From IMG/VR virus record IMGVR_UViG_3300046804_003780: a stretch of 64,000 bases of DNA. One strand, given 5' to 3'. Origin of the DNA: a virus. The notes below the pieces were generated by a model. The model saw only the letters and a program-made list of their open reading frames with translations. It was not told the origin of the DNA and searched no databases. The translations under genes and the position numbers were made by a program. The stretch's first letter is position 1. The number at the start of each line of letters is the position of its first letter. This document shows, in pieces, positions 17,546 to 30,600 of the stretch.

Positions 17546-18296
17546 AAATCTCTAAAAAATTGTCTTTATTAAGCATGTGAAAATCTGTATCTTTTACAAT
17601 AATATATTTGGACTTTTCTTGTTTTAAAACTATTTTATATTCAGTGTTAGAAATTTTTTGAACATAAGTATTCTCACCAATATGTAATAAATTCCAAGGT
17701 ATAAAATTATTTTTATTTTCTAAATGTCCGTTTAGTATACGATTAGCAATAGCAAACGCATGATCATTTCTAAATGTTTCAGACCACATGCCATGTAAAT
17801 CAATATAATGTTGATAATTATCTTGAACCATTTTTACACAATCAAATAACAATTTGATTCTGTCACTTTTTTTAAAAAATAGAACCGTTGCCCATAATGT
17901 ATTAAAACTAGCCTGACCTAATTTTTCCTGTGAGACATCAGGATACATTAGGTACTTACAGGAGTTATGTATACAGTAATCTTCATAAAAATCAAAAACT
18001 TTTAATAATTTGTTAGAATTAATTACATAGTCAACATCTAAGATTATGGTTTCATCATACGGAGTGAGCGAATAAGCATTATACCTACCTTTGTTGTACC
18101 ATACCTTTTCTTTTTTTGTATTTGATTTGTCACGCTCCAAATAAATTATATTATCAAAATTATAATTTGTTTGAGAATCAGTTATTAGTGTACAAGGCAA
18201 GTTTAAAAAGTGATTCACTTTTTTAGCCGTAAAATGAGCCATTTTAATATAATCGACTTCATCAGTATTAAACGCAAATAAAAGAACGCCCTTCAT
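17535..18296 (-). CDS. GT-A-fold glycosyltransferase-like protein
   Basis: GVLLFA..DY, TPYDETIILDVD (DxD), FRND, FHMLNK. Confidence 0.7.
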   Translation of the reverse strand: MKGVLLFAFNTDEVDYIKMAHFTAKKVNHFLNLPCTLITDSQTNYNFDNIIYLERDKSNTKKEKVWYNKGRYNAYSLTPYDETIILDVDYVINSNKLLKVFDFYEDYCIHNSCKYLMYPDVSQEKLGQASFNTLWATVLFFKKSDRIKLLFDCVKMVQDNYQHYIDLHGMWSETFRNDHAFAIANRILNGHLENKNNFIPWNLLHIGENTYVQKISNTEYKIVLKQEKSKYIIVKDTDFHMLNKDNFLEIFDE

Positions 18297-18598
18297 CTTT
18301 TATTTTGTAGAGAGGACCATTCTTCATACCATTCTATCATAACAGAATGATAAATTTGATACGCTGTTAAACTGAGTTGATCTTTGCTAACCTTAATTGG
18401 ATTATCATACAAATCTAAAATAACAGTTTCATTTAAGATGGATGTTGAAAGAAAACTTAAAAATTCAGGTGTGGCTTGCCATAATCCACCTTGATCTGCA
18501 AAAATAAGTTTTGCTGTATATTTTTCTTTTAAATAATGTTTAGCCAAATTGTGATCAAATTTGGCTTTAGATTCGGTTATCAAATTGTCTATATTCAT
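18293..18598 (-). CDS. hypothetical protein, first gene of the GT operon
   Basis: ATG 5 nt after TAAATA (18609-18604); overlaps the next gene by 4 nt. Confidence 0.7.
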   Translation of the reverse strand: MNIDNLITESKAKFDHNLAKHYLKEKYTAKLIFADQGGLWQATPEFLSFLSTSILNETVILDLYDNPIKVSKDQLSLTAYQIYHSVMIEWYEEWSSLQNKR

Positions 18599-18635
18599 TA
18601 AATTATTTAGAATATAGACAACTTAACCAAAAAAT

Positions 18636-19634
18636 TTAACTTCCCTGAACTGTGCTTGTTATGTTAACTGTACCCCAAGTAGGAGTTAAATATGATGAGC
18701 TTGGATTCCTTACAACACAAGTGGTTGTAGAGTTTGGACCTGTTCTGCCTAAGTTAGTATTGCCCCCGTTTGGTACTGAATCCCAAGTTGTTGTGATAGT
18801 AATTATACTACCCACATCCCCATTTGTTCCTTGTGTACCATTAGTTCTTACTGCAACATTTATAAAACTAGAAAGATATCCACTTGGTCCTACTGTAGCA
18901 GCCATTCTAAAAATAGTTGCGTCAGTACTTGTAAATGAATAGTAACCATTATTGGAAGCTATTGTAGTTGGGGTACCGCTTCCACCGGTTCTTGTTACAC
19001 CGTTAAATACTGTACCAGCAATTGTTTGAGTCCCGCTGTTAACTGCACTAATTGTGATTGTCCCACATGCAGCAGCTAATGTGTTCCATAAATTATTCAT
19101 ATTCGTGCCAGCAGGATGTGAGAAACTTAATGCAATTTGTCCTCCTGCATTAAAAAAATATCTTGCACTATCTCCTGATGAAAAAGTAATAGCATGAGTA
19201 AACGTTAGTGCATTATTCCAATCTGTTGGATATGATCGACTATCTGTTGAGCTAGAACCTTGTGCTGCTGCGTTATTACGATTTGTAAAAATTGTATTTA
19301 AATTATTAGCAAAAATAGAGGTCGCTGGCAAACTTGCAGTCATGTAGGCACTAATAAGTTGACCATCAGATGTTGTAGAAATAGGTGTTATAGTACTACC
19401 TTGATGTGATGCTGCATTTTGAATATTATTAATTAATAGATTCCATTGTTCATTCGTAATTTGAAACAGTGCATTATTAGCCTGAACTTGTGGTACTTGA
19501 GTTTGACCTAATCCTGATCTTCCATTTCCTGTTCCAATAACAGCATTTAACGTATTTGCAACCGTACTAGGACTGGCACCTACGTAAGAATTATAATCTG
19601 CGGCATCAATTTTACCATATTGTTGATATGTCAT
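18636..19634 (-). CDS. virion structural protein (Thr/Ser/Gly-rich)
   Basis: Composition, ARYFFNAGG motif, position in the baseplate/tail block. Confidence 0.65.
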   Translation of the reverse strand: MTYQQYGKIDAADYNSYVGASPSTVANTLNAVIGTGNGRSGLGQTQVPQVQANNALFQITNEQWNLLINNIQNAASHQGSTITPISTTSDGQLISAYMTASLPATSIFANNLNTIFTNRNNAAAQGSSSTDSRSYPTDWNNALTFTHAITFSSGDSARYFFNAGGQIALSFSHPAGTNMNNLWNTLAAACGTITISAVNSGTQTIAGTVFNGVTRTGGSGTPTTIASNNGYYSFTSTDATIFRMAATVGPSGYLSSFINVAVRTNGTQGTNGDVGSIITITTTWDSVPNGGNTNLGRTGPNSTTTCVVRNPSSSYLTPTWGTVNITSTVQGS

Positions 19635-19643
19635 ATATAATCC

Positions 19644-20837
19644 TTATTTTATTACTACGATTGCTGTTACTTCTCCTACGCCTTCAGTTGTTTTCGTTGT
19701 TAAACTTCTACCAATTACATTGAATGATCCGGCTTCTCCTTCTTTTGCTGCTCTTGCAAAACCTTTACCTGCGCTTACAAGACGATCACCTTTTTTCACT
19801 TTACCTCTCACCTTAACTGGCACACGACCACTGATAGCAACTGCAGGGTGTGTATTATCATCGCCTGCGGCACTATTCATCATATACGCTGCACTAGTAC
19901 TAATAACACCAAACACATTATTGCTTAATTCGTCTACAACTGCTGTAATTTCGGCAACGCCACCTAATTCAACCACTGTACCTGCATCATAAGGTTGATC
20001 AGATTCGAATCTTTCTGCTAAGTCAGCATATGTAGCTTGTAATCTTGCGCTAGGACTTAATTGCCAAATACCAGTTATGTTTCCGCCGCCGGCTAATTCT
20101 GTAGTTGTAACTTTGTTAGGAGCTATATTACCAGTAAACTGAGTAACTGCATTTGCTCCTGTCAAATAATCAAATACATTACCATTATTGTAAGTACCAG
20201 CTGGGTTAAATGTTGCTCCATTCGCATACATATACCTGTCACACTTTATACCAAATGCATTAGAAGTCCATGCAATATTACCATTTTGCATGGTCCAATT
20301 ACCTTGTGCCGACCATGCACCAACAATTGTACCAACTGTTGTGCCACTACCTGTAGTAATTGATGTTGTATTTGCTGATCCTATTAGTGCCGCAGTTAAG
20401 TTAGCGTTTGTTGCTGTTATATTACCTGTTATATTTGCTGTAACTACTGAAACTGAATTACCTATAAATGCACCATTAGATGAAAAATTATTTGCAATTA
20501 TATTTCCTGTCGCATTTACGTTTGACAGAGTAGCATTTCCTGCAGCAGTAGTTGAAGTTAATGTGATCCAGTTACTAGCAACTAAAGTTCCGTCAGCTGG
20601 GCATACACATAAGACATTTGTATTAGTGTTAAACCATAATTGACCTCGTAAAGGATTCGGAGGAGGTGAACTTGCGGCATAACTTTCTAATTGTCTGACA
20701 AAATTTGTGTCTAAAACTTGACCATAATTAGATTTGTTCCTTCCTGGAAGTCCTAATGAGGTGCTTTGTGTGTTGATAGTACCGTCTTGTATAGTTGTTA
20801 AAACAGTACCGTCGCTTCGTATAATTGTATATGCCAT
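19644..20837 (-). CDS. tail/baseplate fibre protein with C-terminal intramolecular-chaperone (peptidase G2/S74-like) domain
   Basis: N-terminal LGLPGRN..YG...P..GQLWFN; C-terminal YADLAERF...GTVV..GG...GRVPVKV..GDRLVS. Confidence 0.7.
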   Translation of the reverse strand: MAYTIIRSDGTVLTTIQDGTINTQSTSLGLPGRNKSNYGQVLDTNFVRQLESYAASSPPPNPLRGQLWFNTNTNVLCVCPADGTLVASNWITLTSTTAAGNATLSNVNATGNIIANNFSSNGAFIGNSVSVVTANITGNITATNANLTAALIGSANTTSITTGSGTTVGTIVGAWSAQGNWTMQNGNIAWTSNAFGIKCDRYMYANGATFNPAGTYNNGNVFDYLTGANAVTQFTGNIAPNKVTTTELAGGGNITGIWQLSPSARLQATYADLAERFESDQPYDAGTVVELGGVAEITAVVDELSNNVFGVISTSAAYMMNSAAGDDNTHPAVAISGRVPVKVRGKVKKGDRLVSAGKGFARAAKEGEAGSFNVIGRSLTTKTTEGVGEVTAIVVIK

Positions 20838-20874
20838 GTGTTTTTACTCCAATTTTTTAACTTTAGTATTTATC

Positions 20875-21495
20875 TTAGATGGAAACAAGGTTTGTTAAAC
20901 TTTGTATTCGCACCGTATAGTCTATTTGAATCTGTCTATTAAGACTTTTTTGTACCGGGTGAAATATCACATGGGTCAAAAGTCTCGTTGTTTCATTTCC
21001 AGCAGGGTCTGTACCATAATCTGCTAAAAGTCCAATTTCGTCAAACGTGTATGTTGATTCTAATTGTGTGCTATTGTCAAACGCTGACTGACCAGAAGGC
21101 TCACCGTAGTCAAGTAAGCATTGAACTACTATATCGCTATACACTTTTCCAATTATATGAGAAACAACCATTTTATTTCTAGCTGGGTCTGTATTTAATA
21201 CACTTGTGTCATCAACGATTTTCTCATAGGTTTGGTTATATAATGCTGCGTTTTGTCCTGTAGTATTTGGGGGTAGATATGTAATAATCCCTGTACTATC
21301 AATACTTGCCCCTCCGTTACCAAAAGCCATTTTAAATATGCCACCGTACCCTCTGCTACTAAGTGTATCCGCAATAGATTCTGACATATTCTCATAATGG
21401 ATTGCATTCTTTTTGTCTACTAAAATTTCTCCTGTGTTAGGGTCAGAAATTTTGACAAATCCCTCTATTTTTAATTGATAATTTATTGTAGACAT
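20875..21495 (-). CDS. virion/baseplate-associated protein
   Basis: FGNGG, FDEIGL, LLTHVIFHPVQKSLNR; ATG at 21495 coupled to the upstream stop (TGATG). Confidence 0.65.
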   Translation of the reverse strand: MSTINYQLKIEGFVKISDPNTGEILVDKKNAIHYENMSESIADTLSSRGYGGIFKMAFGNGGASIDSTGIITYLPPNTTGQNAALYNQTYEKIVDDTSVLNTDPARNKMVVSHIIGKVYSDIVVQCLLDYGEPSGQSAFDNSTQLESTYTFDEIGLLADYGTDPAGNETTRLLTHVIFHPVQKSLNRQIQIDYTVRIQSLTNLVSI

Positions 21496-21641
21496 CAATC
21501 ATCACCTCTTTTTTGAACAAGTATTTCTGACGTTTTTGGATCAAAAATCTTTATTGCCGAGCTTAAAATAAATCCAGCGTTCTCGTCAGGGTTTGGTTCT
21601 GATTTCTCTTTGGTTGTTTCTATTTGATCTTTTTCAGTCAT
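21495..21641 (-). CDS. small protein (48 aa), not in the ORF track
   Basis: ATG 6 nt after TAAATA (21653-21648); C-terminus IKIFDPKTSEILVQKR resembles VKISDPNTGEILVDKK of the next gene. Confidence 0.65.
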   Translation of the reverse strand: MTEKDQIETTKEKSEPNPDENAGFILSSAIKIFDPKTSEILVQKRGDD

Positions 21642-21663
21642 AATTTGTATTTATCTTCCAATT

Positions 21664-24600
21664 TTAGTCACTTTTTAAGAAATTTGCTGGTATAGTGTTG
21701 CTAATTTGCAGTGGATCACCATTAGCAGAATAATCATCACTATTCCAAATTTTGTTATAATAAAACGGATCTAGAATATCTTTTGTTGAAAAACTCAAAA
21801 CATATGAATATTTGTCCTGTGTTGGGAGAATCGCAGTTCCTTCTGCTCCCCTGACAAAATTAGTTATAGTGTTATCTTCAATATTAATATTTTTAAATCT
21901 AATTTTTTCGCCGTTTATTATTATTGTATTACCAAATCGCAATACAAATTCTAAAGCATCTCCGTCTGTTACACCTGAGGTGAAAATTACCTGAGTTGTA
22001 GAATTTACTGTATTAAGATAATATGAGGTTTTAGCTAACTCAAGTCCTGTTACTAAATTATTTACAGTTAACAAAACTATATCTACTATGTTGTAGTTTA
22101 AGTAGGAGTAAATCTTTTGCGTTGTTATGTCATAAGATGCATAAGAAACCGTTGATGTTATATCGACCAATTTAGTTACATCATCAACGTAGATTTTAGT
22201 ATCAGTAGGATAAATTGGTCTAACTAACCAAGTGCGATTTTCAATATTGCTGTTAGCAATCACCATTTCGTTATTTTTGTTTACTGTTAAAGTATACCAA
22301 AGTTCATTTGGAGTAGGAGAGGGCATATAACTAGTAACAATAATTGTATTGCCAAGTGCAATAGGAGACATTATACTTAATCTATTATTTGGCTGATTTA
22401 TACGCAAATTATTAGGTGTAACTCTAGTACCATTTATATGTACAAACAATCTATTTGTATCTATAATATCAAGTGTAGGTTGATTAATTGAAATTGTGTT
22501 TGTATATTTCCAAATAAAGCCGCCAGAACCTACTCCGTTAGAATAGAATGTTCCGTAAGTGTTACCTATTACAGGTACTGAAAGATTAAAATCACTATAA
22601 AGCTCATATCTATAATATGTAACTGCATTCTCAACATATGTTGGCAAAACTCTTACATAAAAAATATTATTATTAATTTCAGTAATATTTTGAACTCCAT
22701 CTATTAATACTTGATCTTGATTTACGAAAAAAGCATTTGTAGCTGTTGTAACTACAACAGGTGTAGCAGGAGTATTTATATAATAAATTGGAGTTACTCT
22801 TATAGATGTTGACGTTTGCGTTACGAAAAATTGATTTTGAGTATCGTTAAATGAAGTTACACTAACTATTGTATTAGCAGCAATTGATGGTATAACAGTT
22901 AATGTAGTTCCAACAATTGTGTAGTCAATAGTATTTCTTGCACGTATTCCATCAATTTCAACTACCGCATTGTTAGGATTGTTTCCTCCCATATTGTTAG
23001 TTAATGTAAAAGTTTTTGGTCCACTTACGTACTGAAAAACTTGAGTTTCAGGCATACAATATTGATATATTGTGTTTGCAGGGCCGTAAATTGCAAAACT
23101 AACATACTGAGTAGCTAAATTAATAATAGATGTAAAAACAATGGTAATTGCATTTGATTTATTTGGTTCTATTTTATAATCAACATTGTTTATTTTTTTA
23201 ACCCCATTAATATACACTACTGGAAATAAATATACTCCATCTTTATATGGATAATTTGTGTCTATGTAACTTACATTTTTCTTTGCATCAAACTTAACAG
23301 GAACATTATCAGATGTACCTTTAACTTCTTGATTTCCGCCTCCTAAACTATAGACTTCAAAATAAATTTTTTCTGTAGGACTTAATGGTGAAGTTAATGT
23401 TACAACCTTAAAAACCCAATCTATTGATTGTATTTTAACTAAACTTGTAGGGGTAGGCACTTGATTAACAGTGTAAATGCGTGTTGCTCTATTATTAGTA
23501 TTCGAAATTATATAAACTGCAATTTGTGTTGCGTATGGTGATAAATTAGCAAAACTAAATGCAGTAGAGTTACCTAAATCAAATATTCCGCTATTTACAT
23601 AAAATCCAAAATTTTCGTATACAGTAGGATCCCAAAGTGATCCAGGTGTAGTCTTTACTGTAAGCTGAAGATTATCTGTTATCAATGCTGGTACCATTTC
23701 TTCTGGTCCATATCCTGATAAGAATGTTTCTCCTTTTATGTTATATTCAGGTTCATTAGCAGTTAGGAAAGAAATATTTTCCCAATCTATTACATTGCTA
23801 CTACGTAAAATTGTTGAGTTTTCACCTACTGCAATTAAATAATTGCCATCAAATTCAATTTCATTTAAATTATTTGAACTTATTTGTGAGGTTTGACTCC
23901 ATGTTTCTCCGTCTGAGCTATAAAGTATGTAACCATTATTACAAATTACTATATAGGTGTTTAGAGCATAAATGCCGTGATTTATTTGTTGATTAAACGA
24001 TGGTCCTAATATGGTAGCTACATTCCAGTTGCTTGCGTTGGTTGACCAGTAAATTTTACCAAAATCACCTGCAGCTATAATTTTTGTATTTGAACCAAAT
24101 ACTGTGTTAAAATTTACATCAAATGTTTGATTAGTATTGGTCCAAGTTATGCCATCGTAACTTATTACGACTCTAGCTTGGTCAGCAAATACTGGTGAAG
24201 GAGTGTCTGGACCTTCTATAATAGATGTTCCATTTCCAACTGCGATAAATCCTTCGAAACTGGTTGCGTCAGCTCCTGGTATATATGCAACTGATTTTAA
24301 AACGTTTGGTAATCTACTGCCAAAACTATACCCTGTTCCCCAGCTTGTTGCATTAATACTACTCAAAACATTATTACCAACAGCTACGTAATTATTATTG
24401 TAGTACACAACATCGTATAGTTCATCATTAGGAGTTTCTACAGATAGGGTATCAAACCCTGCAACATCAAACGGAGCATCATCATAAACTGTGTATGAAC
24501 CTACACTTACCCAGTTAAATCCATCATAGCTTATGAGCAGAGGAGCACTAGCATTCAATGCACTAATTACGTAAAAAGAACCTGAGTAAATTATTCTAGT

Positions 24601-27600
24601 CACATTAATAGGTGTATCACTTATTTTTTTAAATGTCCAGTTTCTACCATCAATACTATATAAAACAGTTGCATTCGTAGCTGCATTACCAATTGCTACA
24701 TATTTGGCCCCGTCATATACTATACTTTTTATATCAATTTCTTTTGGATAAAACGGCTGTCCTTGTAAAATTACATCTAATTCAAAATCATCATTAAATT
24801 TATTACCTAAATTAGTACCATTAGGATATTCTAATCCTGTCATTAATAATGGTAAATGTTTACCAGGCATATTGATAGTTGGTTGGTAATAAGCAATAAT
24901 TCTGTCTAACGCATTTATAAATGGGTAATCACTTTGTAATAACTCCCATTTAGTAAAATCAAAAGTTGCGTCACTATTTGCCACAATGCACTTATACAAT
25001 TTATTATTATAAGTGACCAATGATGCTGCAGGAATAGTGAATGGTTCAGGATAAAAACCAATATCTCCTGCGGTAAATATGAATGGAGTAGCCCCTGTAT
25101 TTTTTACAGGATTAATTAACGTTGCATCGTAAAATAATCGGCATTTTGTTGCACTTATTGGTATCGTATAATATTCATCAAATGCATTGGAACATATACC
25201 ACTTAAACTATAAAAAACTATGGCTCCGGATAAAGCAAAAGTAACAGTAATTATTAAATCATTTGCCGGTGAAGAGCCTCCCAAAAGTGCTCCTGATATT
25301 GTTATAACGTCTCCGGTAGTGTAAATATTTCCAAAATCTTTTATGTCAATATCATACTCATTTGACACAGTTGTGCCATAGATTCTTGGGCTAGTAACCC
25401 AAATAATGGCACCACCAGAACCTGAATTATCATAGATATATGGAGTTGTAAGTCTGGCTACTTTATAGAAATAAAGTTTGGTCTTATTAAGATATCCAGC
25501 TGCTAGACTAGTATTTGTGTAATTAAATGTTACAATGACATTATTTGTACCAGATTCTGTTGTTACTGCTGATATTGGAACAGTGGCCCCTTGTAGGCTT
25601 GACAAGAATACAGGTTTAGCAACACCTTCAACAATAAATTGTGTTATTGATCCGGCTAAGGTTACGCTTACAACAGTTATTGTACAACTATTTGTAGGAG
25701 CAGTTCCTCCCAATAAATTACCTGGTATCGTAATTACATTTCCTGCTTGATAATTTAATCCTCCACTATTTAAAATTGCTGTGTACACACCAACGTTATT
25801 GGCAGTTGAATAAAAATCAGGTGGCTCGTCTTGGTTACCATAAATCCAAGCATATACATCAAATAAAGCTCCTGATCCTCCCGCAGGACTTACGTTTCCT
25901 GAAACAGATGGGAAAGGTATTGCAGTAGCAAGCTTACTTGCATAGCTTGCATCATTTCCTATGCTATTATAAGTTGAGATGTAAAATTGATTTGGCTCCC
26001 AAACAGTAACCTCAGGTCTATAACTAGTTCTGTCAAATTTTAATACAGGAGTAATTTGTCTTGTAGGAGCATTACTTGATATTGGAGCCAATCTAGCACC
26101 TAATGTTAACACATGATTATTACTTGGAGTTCTTCCTTGGACTAAAATTAATCTATGTGTATCAGTTAAAGCATTAATTTTTGAAATGTAAAATGCAATA
26201 GCAGTAGGTCTATTTTGATTTGCAATAGTAACTGCAGGTTTTTTAGTTCCATATTCAATTAATCTTATATAATAATATTGATTATCTATTAATCCCAAAA
26301 TAGTTGATAAATTGCTACCTTTACTGTATTTTAATAAATCTCCTGTTTCAAACAATTTAAATGGAACGTTTATAGTATAATTTGTATAGTTTATATCAGA
26401 GGTATTAAATTTATGTTCAATTGACGGTTCAATAATTAACTCAGGTAATACCTTATATCCTTCACCTGAATTTAAAACAGTAACAGCAACAACTTCTCCT
26501 GCTGACATTTGGGCCTTAAGGGACGCTTGTACTTTAGGAGCAGGAAAAACTTCTGTATTTACGTAACTTACAATATTTGGTGGTTCTGTGTATCCTCTAC
26601 CACCATATATAACACTTACGGCAGGCAAATCTATAAAGATTTTTGTTCCTGGAAAATGATCTACAACTTCAGTATCTAATGCACCTCTTGTTAATCCAGA
26701 TAATATTCCCAAATCTCTGTCAACTGTGTTATAACCTATATATTCATTATCAATTTTAATCACGCCTACTGTTGGATATCCAAATGCATTATCAACAACA
26801 ATTATTTTTGTTGCGACTGGGACATATTCACGCAGTAAACCAATAAAATAATTTTCTTTTCCTTGCAGTTTTACTCCGTAGTTATTAAACCATTGATTAT
26901 ACTGTGGTTCTTGCCATATTTTATCAGAAGAATTATATTGAGATTCTAGCAACGTGTCACTAAAAACTAGTTCAGGAGTAATAAAAGAATCAAGTGTTGC
27001 ATTCCATTGAGCAGGTAAATCAAAATCAGAAATATCTCCGTCATATAGATTTGTCTTTGTATATTTTAAACTAAATTCTTTAAGTTTTACTCTATATGGT
27101 TTAACCTCATTGATATATCCATAAAGAAAATCTTCATTGTCACGTTGGAAATTTTTAGTTTGCTCTAATTCTCTTAAAGTGTGTTCTACATCTAAAAATG
27201 AGGTTTTGTTTAACCAAGGTAAATAGTTACCAAATTCTTCTGTTTCGGTTATAATATATTGAAATAGTAAAATTAGTCCTTGATTTCTATAAATTAATAG
27301 GTCATCAGTGAAAACTTCTTCATTTAATCCACGTATGATATTGTAGGTTTCTACTGACGGGAAACTGTCATAAGGTGTGCTATCGTAAAAACTGTCCCCA
27401 AATCCTATTCCGTTAATGCTATAATCATAGAGAGATTTTTTGATTGCAATTGTCCCTAGCTCTAGTCCGATTCGGTTCCAATTATTATTTTGATATAAAT
27501 AAACTTCACGCTTACCGTTACTGTTAGCATTTACTCCAACTATCATATTCTCAAAAGCATTTAACTTTTCTAAATCGTAATATTTTGGAACGTCAATATC

Positions 27601-30600
27601 AGTTCTTGTTGAATCTGAATAACCTTCTGCCCACCAGTTTACATATTCCCAATAATTGTTTGTGTCAAAATCATCTCCGGAAAGTGTGAAAAACGCAGGA
27701 GCATTTAACCCTGTTGTAGCCACTCCTCCCAATGTAAGGAAGCTAGGATTTTTCAACTCAGTTATAGGAAACTTAATCATTACATTATTTGCAAACTGCA
27801 CATAATTTTCCAAAGCCCGTAATCTGTTATAGAAAAAACTTTGGCTTGGTCGCAAATTAGTGCCAGTTTGTAATAATCTAGGTAAAAATGGGTTAGGAAC
27901 AGATTGTCCTAACAAATCAACTCCTGAAAAACTATCTAATAATTTTTGATATAAACCATTAGGAGTGACTAGGTTATTATACAATGTGGGGAGTCCAGGT
28001 AGAAAATCTTCTGCATACCCATCACGTATCAATTTAAATTCTGTGTGAGCAACATCATTCCCACTATCTGTTTTATATCCTAAATGCAAACTTGTAAAAG
28101 TAGCACTAATATATTCAAACACATTATACAAAGCATACACATTTTGTTTTAATGGTGCTAAAAAAGCTATACCAGAAGTAATAGGATTAGAAATGTAGGA
28201 TGAAACTATATTATCCGCAAGTGTTTTTGCATTTGATAAAACGGTCCCAATATTTTTAACCCAATAATAATATCTTGTTACTATAGTACCACTTTCAACA
28301 ATTTCGTTTAATGTTGTGTAGGCATCAATATCGTAAACAGTACCAACACCAGTATAATCTATAGGTAAAACGTCACTTTCTATCCACGTGTAGACTGATA
28401 CTGTGCTGCCTGGAAACACTGTTCCCCAGTATCTACTATTATATAAAATGTTATTTTGATGATAATCAATAAATTTGGTTTCAGATGTGTCGAACCATAA
28501 TTTTCCAACGTATTCTTGTCCCCAAACAGATTTCCTTACATTGTTATTATTATATCCTGCAGGGTCTACGCTTGATATGTAATCTAAGTTTTGTGCGACA
28601 ACACCTAATAATTTTCCTTGTAAAGGATCAATATAATCTAAACTTACAATGTTTAAATTATTTAAATTGTTATATATTGAAACTCCATGTAGTTTGTTTA
28701 TGTCTACAGTATTGGTGGGGTTTCTATAAATATACCAATTAGGTTTTCCAGAAGTATTTCTAAAAATATTAACTCTACCATTTTGACTACCACTTAGATA
28801 TGTGGGAGATCCAATTATAATGTTGTAATTATTAAACGAAATATTAGTTCCATAATACGGGGCACTGCCTAAAGTTGTGGTTGTATCGTTGACTAATTGA
28901 CCAAGAACAAATTTTCCAATATTGTCTATACTTTCGTTGTACGCACCTAAATAGTCATATACATATGCTGATCCTGCATCTGCAACAACATCAGTAAACA
29001 CTGTAAAGTTATTATCAAAAATAGTGTCATTGCTATAATCTTCGTCATCAGTAAAATCAAATGTCGTTTGAGTATATCTATTACTTGTAGGAGCAGACAC
29101 AACAAAGGAATTTAATTCATTAAATTTTATTGATGTTCCGTATTGAGTATTATTTTGTATGTTAGGATCGTGTAAAGTTTGTGTTTTTTTATAGAAAGTT
29201 ATACCTAAACTTGCAAAATTTGCTTCTGCGAATACTGTTAAATTAAGTTTATCTTCCAAAACATTTAAACTTTGATTGATTAATTGTATTACAAGTTTAT
29301 TATCATTTGTTTTTGATGCTATTACATTTGGAATATTTGCCTCGTTTATTGCAATAACCGCATTATTAATTCCAGTTGCAGGTAAAGTCACCGCAAATCC
29401 ATTAATTAAAATGTTAATTTGACTTGATAAATTGTAAACACTAGAACCAGTGATTATGCCAAACTTTTTACCTGCATTAGTATATCTATAGACTGTACCT
29501 TCTGTTCCTGTTGCATCTACGATATCAAATGGAGAACCTACTAATAATTCATTACCTAAGTTATTATTACTTAATCCCTTACCATAAAGTATACCTACTC
29601 TTGGATTGGTAACTTCGCTGTGTCCTATGAGTGTTTGACTTAAAATAAAATCATTACCTTCAACCAATATTAAATCACCTGCTTTCAACACAATTTGTTC
29701 TTTAATTGTTAAAATATTTGTTGATAGTGTATAATTAGAACTTGATAAAATATTACCATTTAAAAATACACTTATAGAATTTGTAGGTGTCCATGCTAAG
29801 GCAAAACTAGTAGCAATTGTTTGAATGGGGGTAAATCTTGACTCAAATATTTGTTTAACTCTATTGTAAATGTATACAACTCCTGTATCCGTAACAGCAT
29901 TAAAGTCTTGATTAGGCGCACTTATGAAAAGTTGTGTTCCATTGTAATTTGTAGAAATGTTTGATCCAAAATTTGTTGCTGACCCTGCGCCGGTAATTGT
30001 TGCAACATTTGTATAGTCATAATAGGCTCTGTAAACTGTAGTGCCTATATTAGCTCCTGCAAAGAAATAACCTTCTATGGTAAAGGTTGTTAAATTACTA
30101 CCTGCGTCAAATTCTCCTGTGATGATTTTGTAGGTTGTTGATCCATTTACATTAGAGAAACTAACCATTTGTCCTTCTAATAATAATGATCTTCTATCTC
30201 CTGAAACTCTAAATTGATTACCGTTAACAGATATAGCAGAGGTTAATGGATATCCAATACTTGTAAAAGTTAAATTTGAATTTTTTCTATACACAAATAC
30301 TTGTCTTGTAGAACCTCTACCTACAAAAAAGTAATTACAATCGTCACTCATCACTACTTTATCTGCAGCGCCACTTCCGCTTATATTAAATGAATTTTGT
30401 AGGGCAACAGCTTCAATTTTTTCAGTCGAAACTAGTTCATAAATGTAAACTATGCTGGTTGTTGCAGATTTTAATATGGCTAAAAAGTTTTGTTTTTTAT
30501 CCATACTTGAACCAAACCCAGTTGGGCTTGATGGTATTGTAATTGTTTCGTCTAAATTCCAAAAGTTAATGTTTGATTCATATTTGTATCTATAAACATT

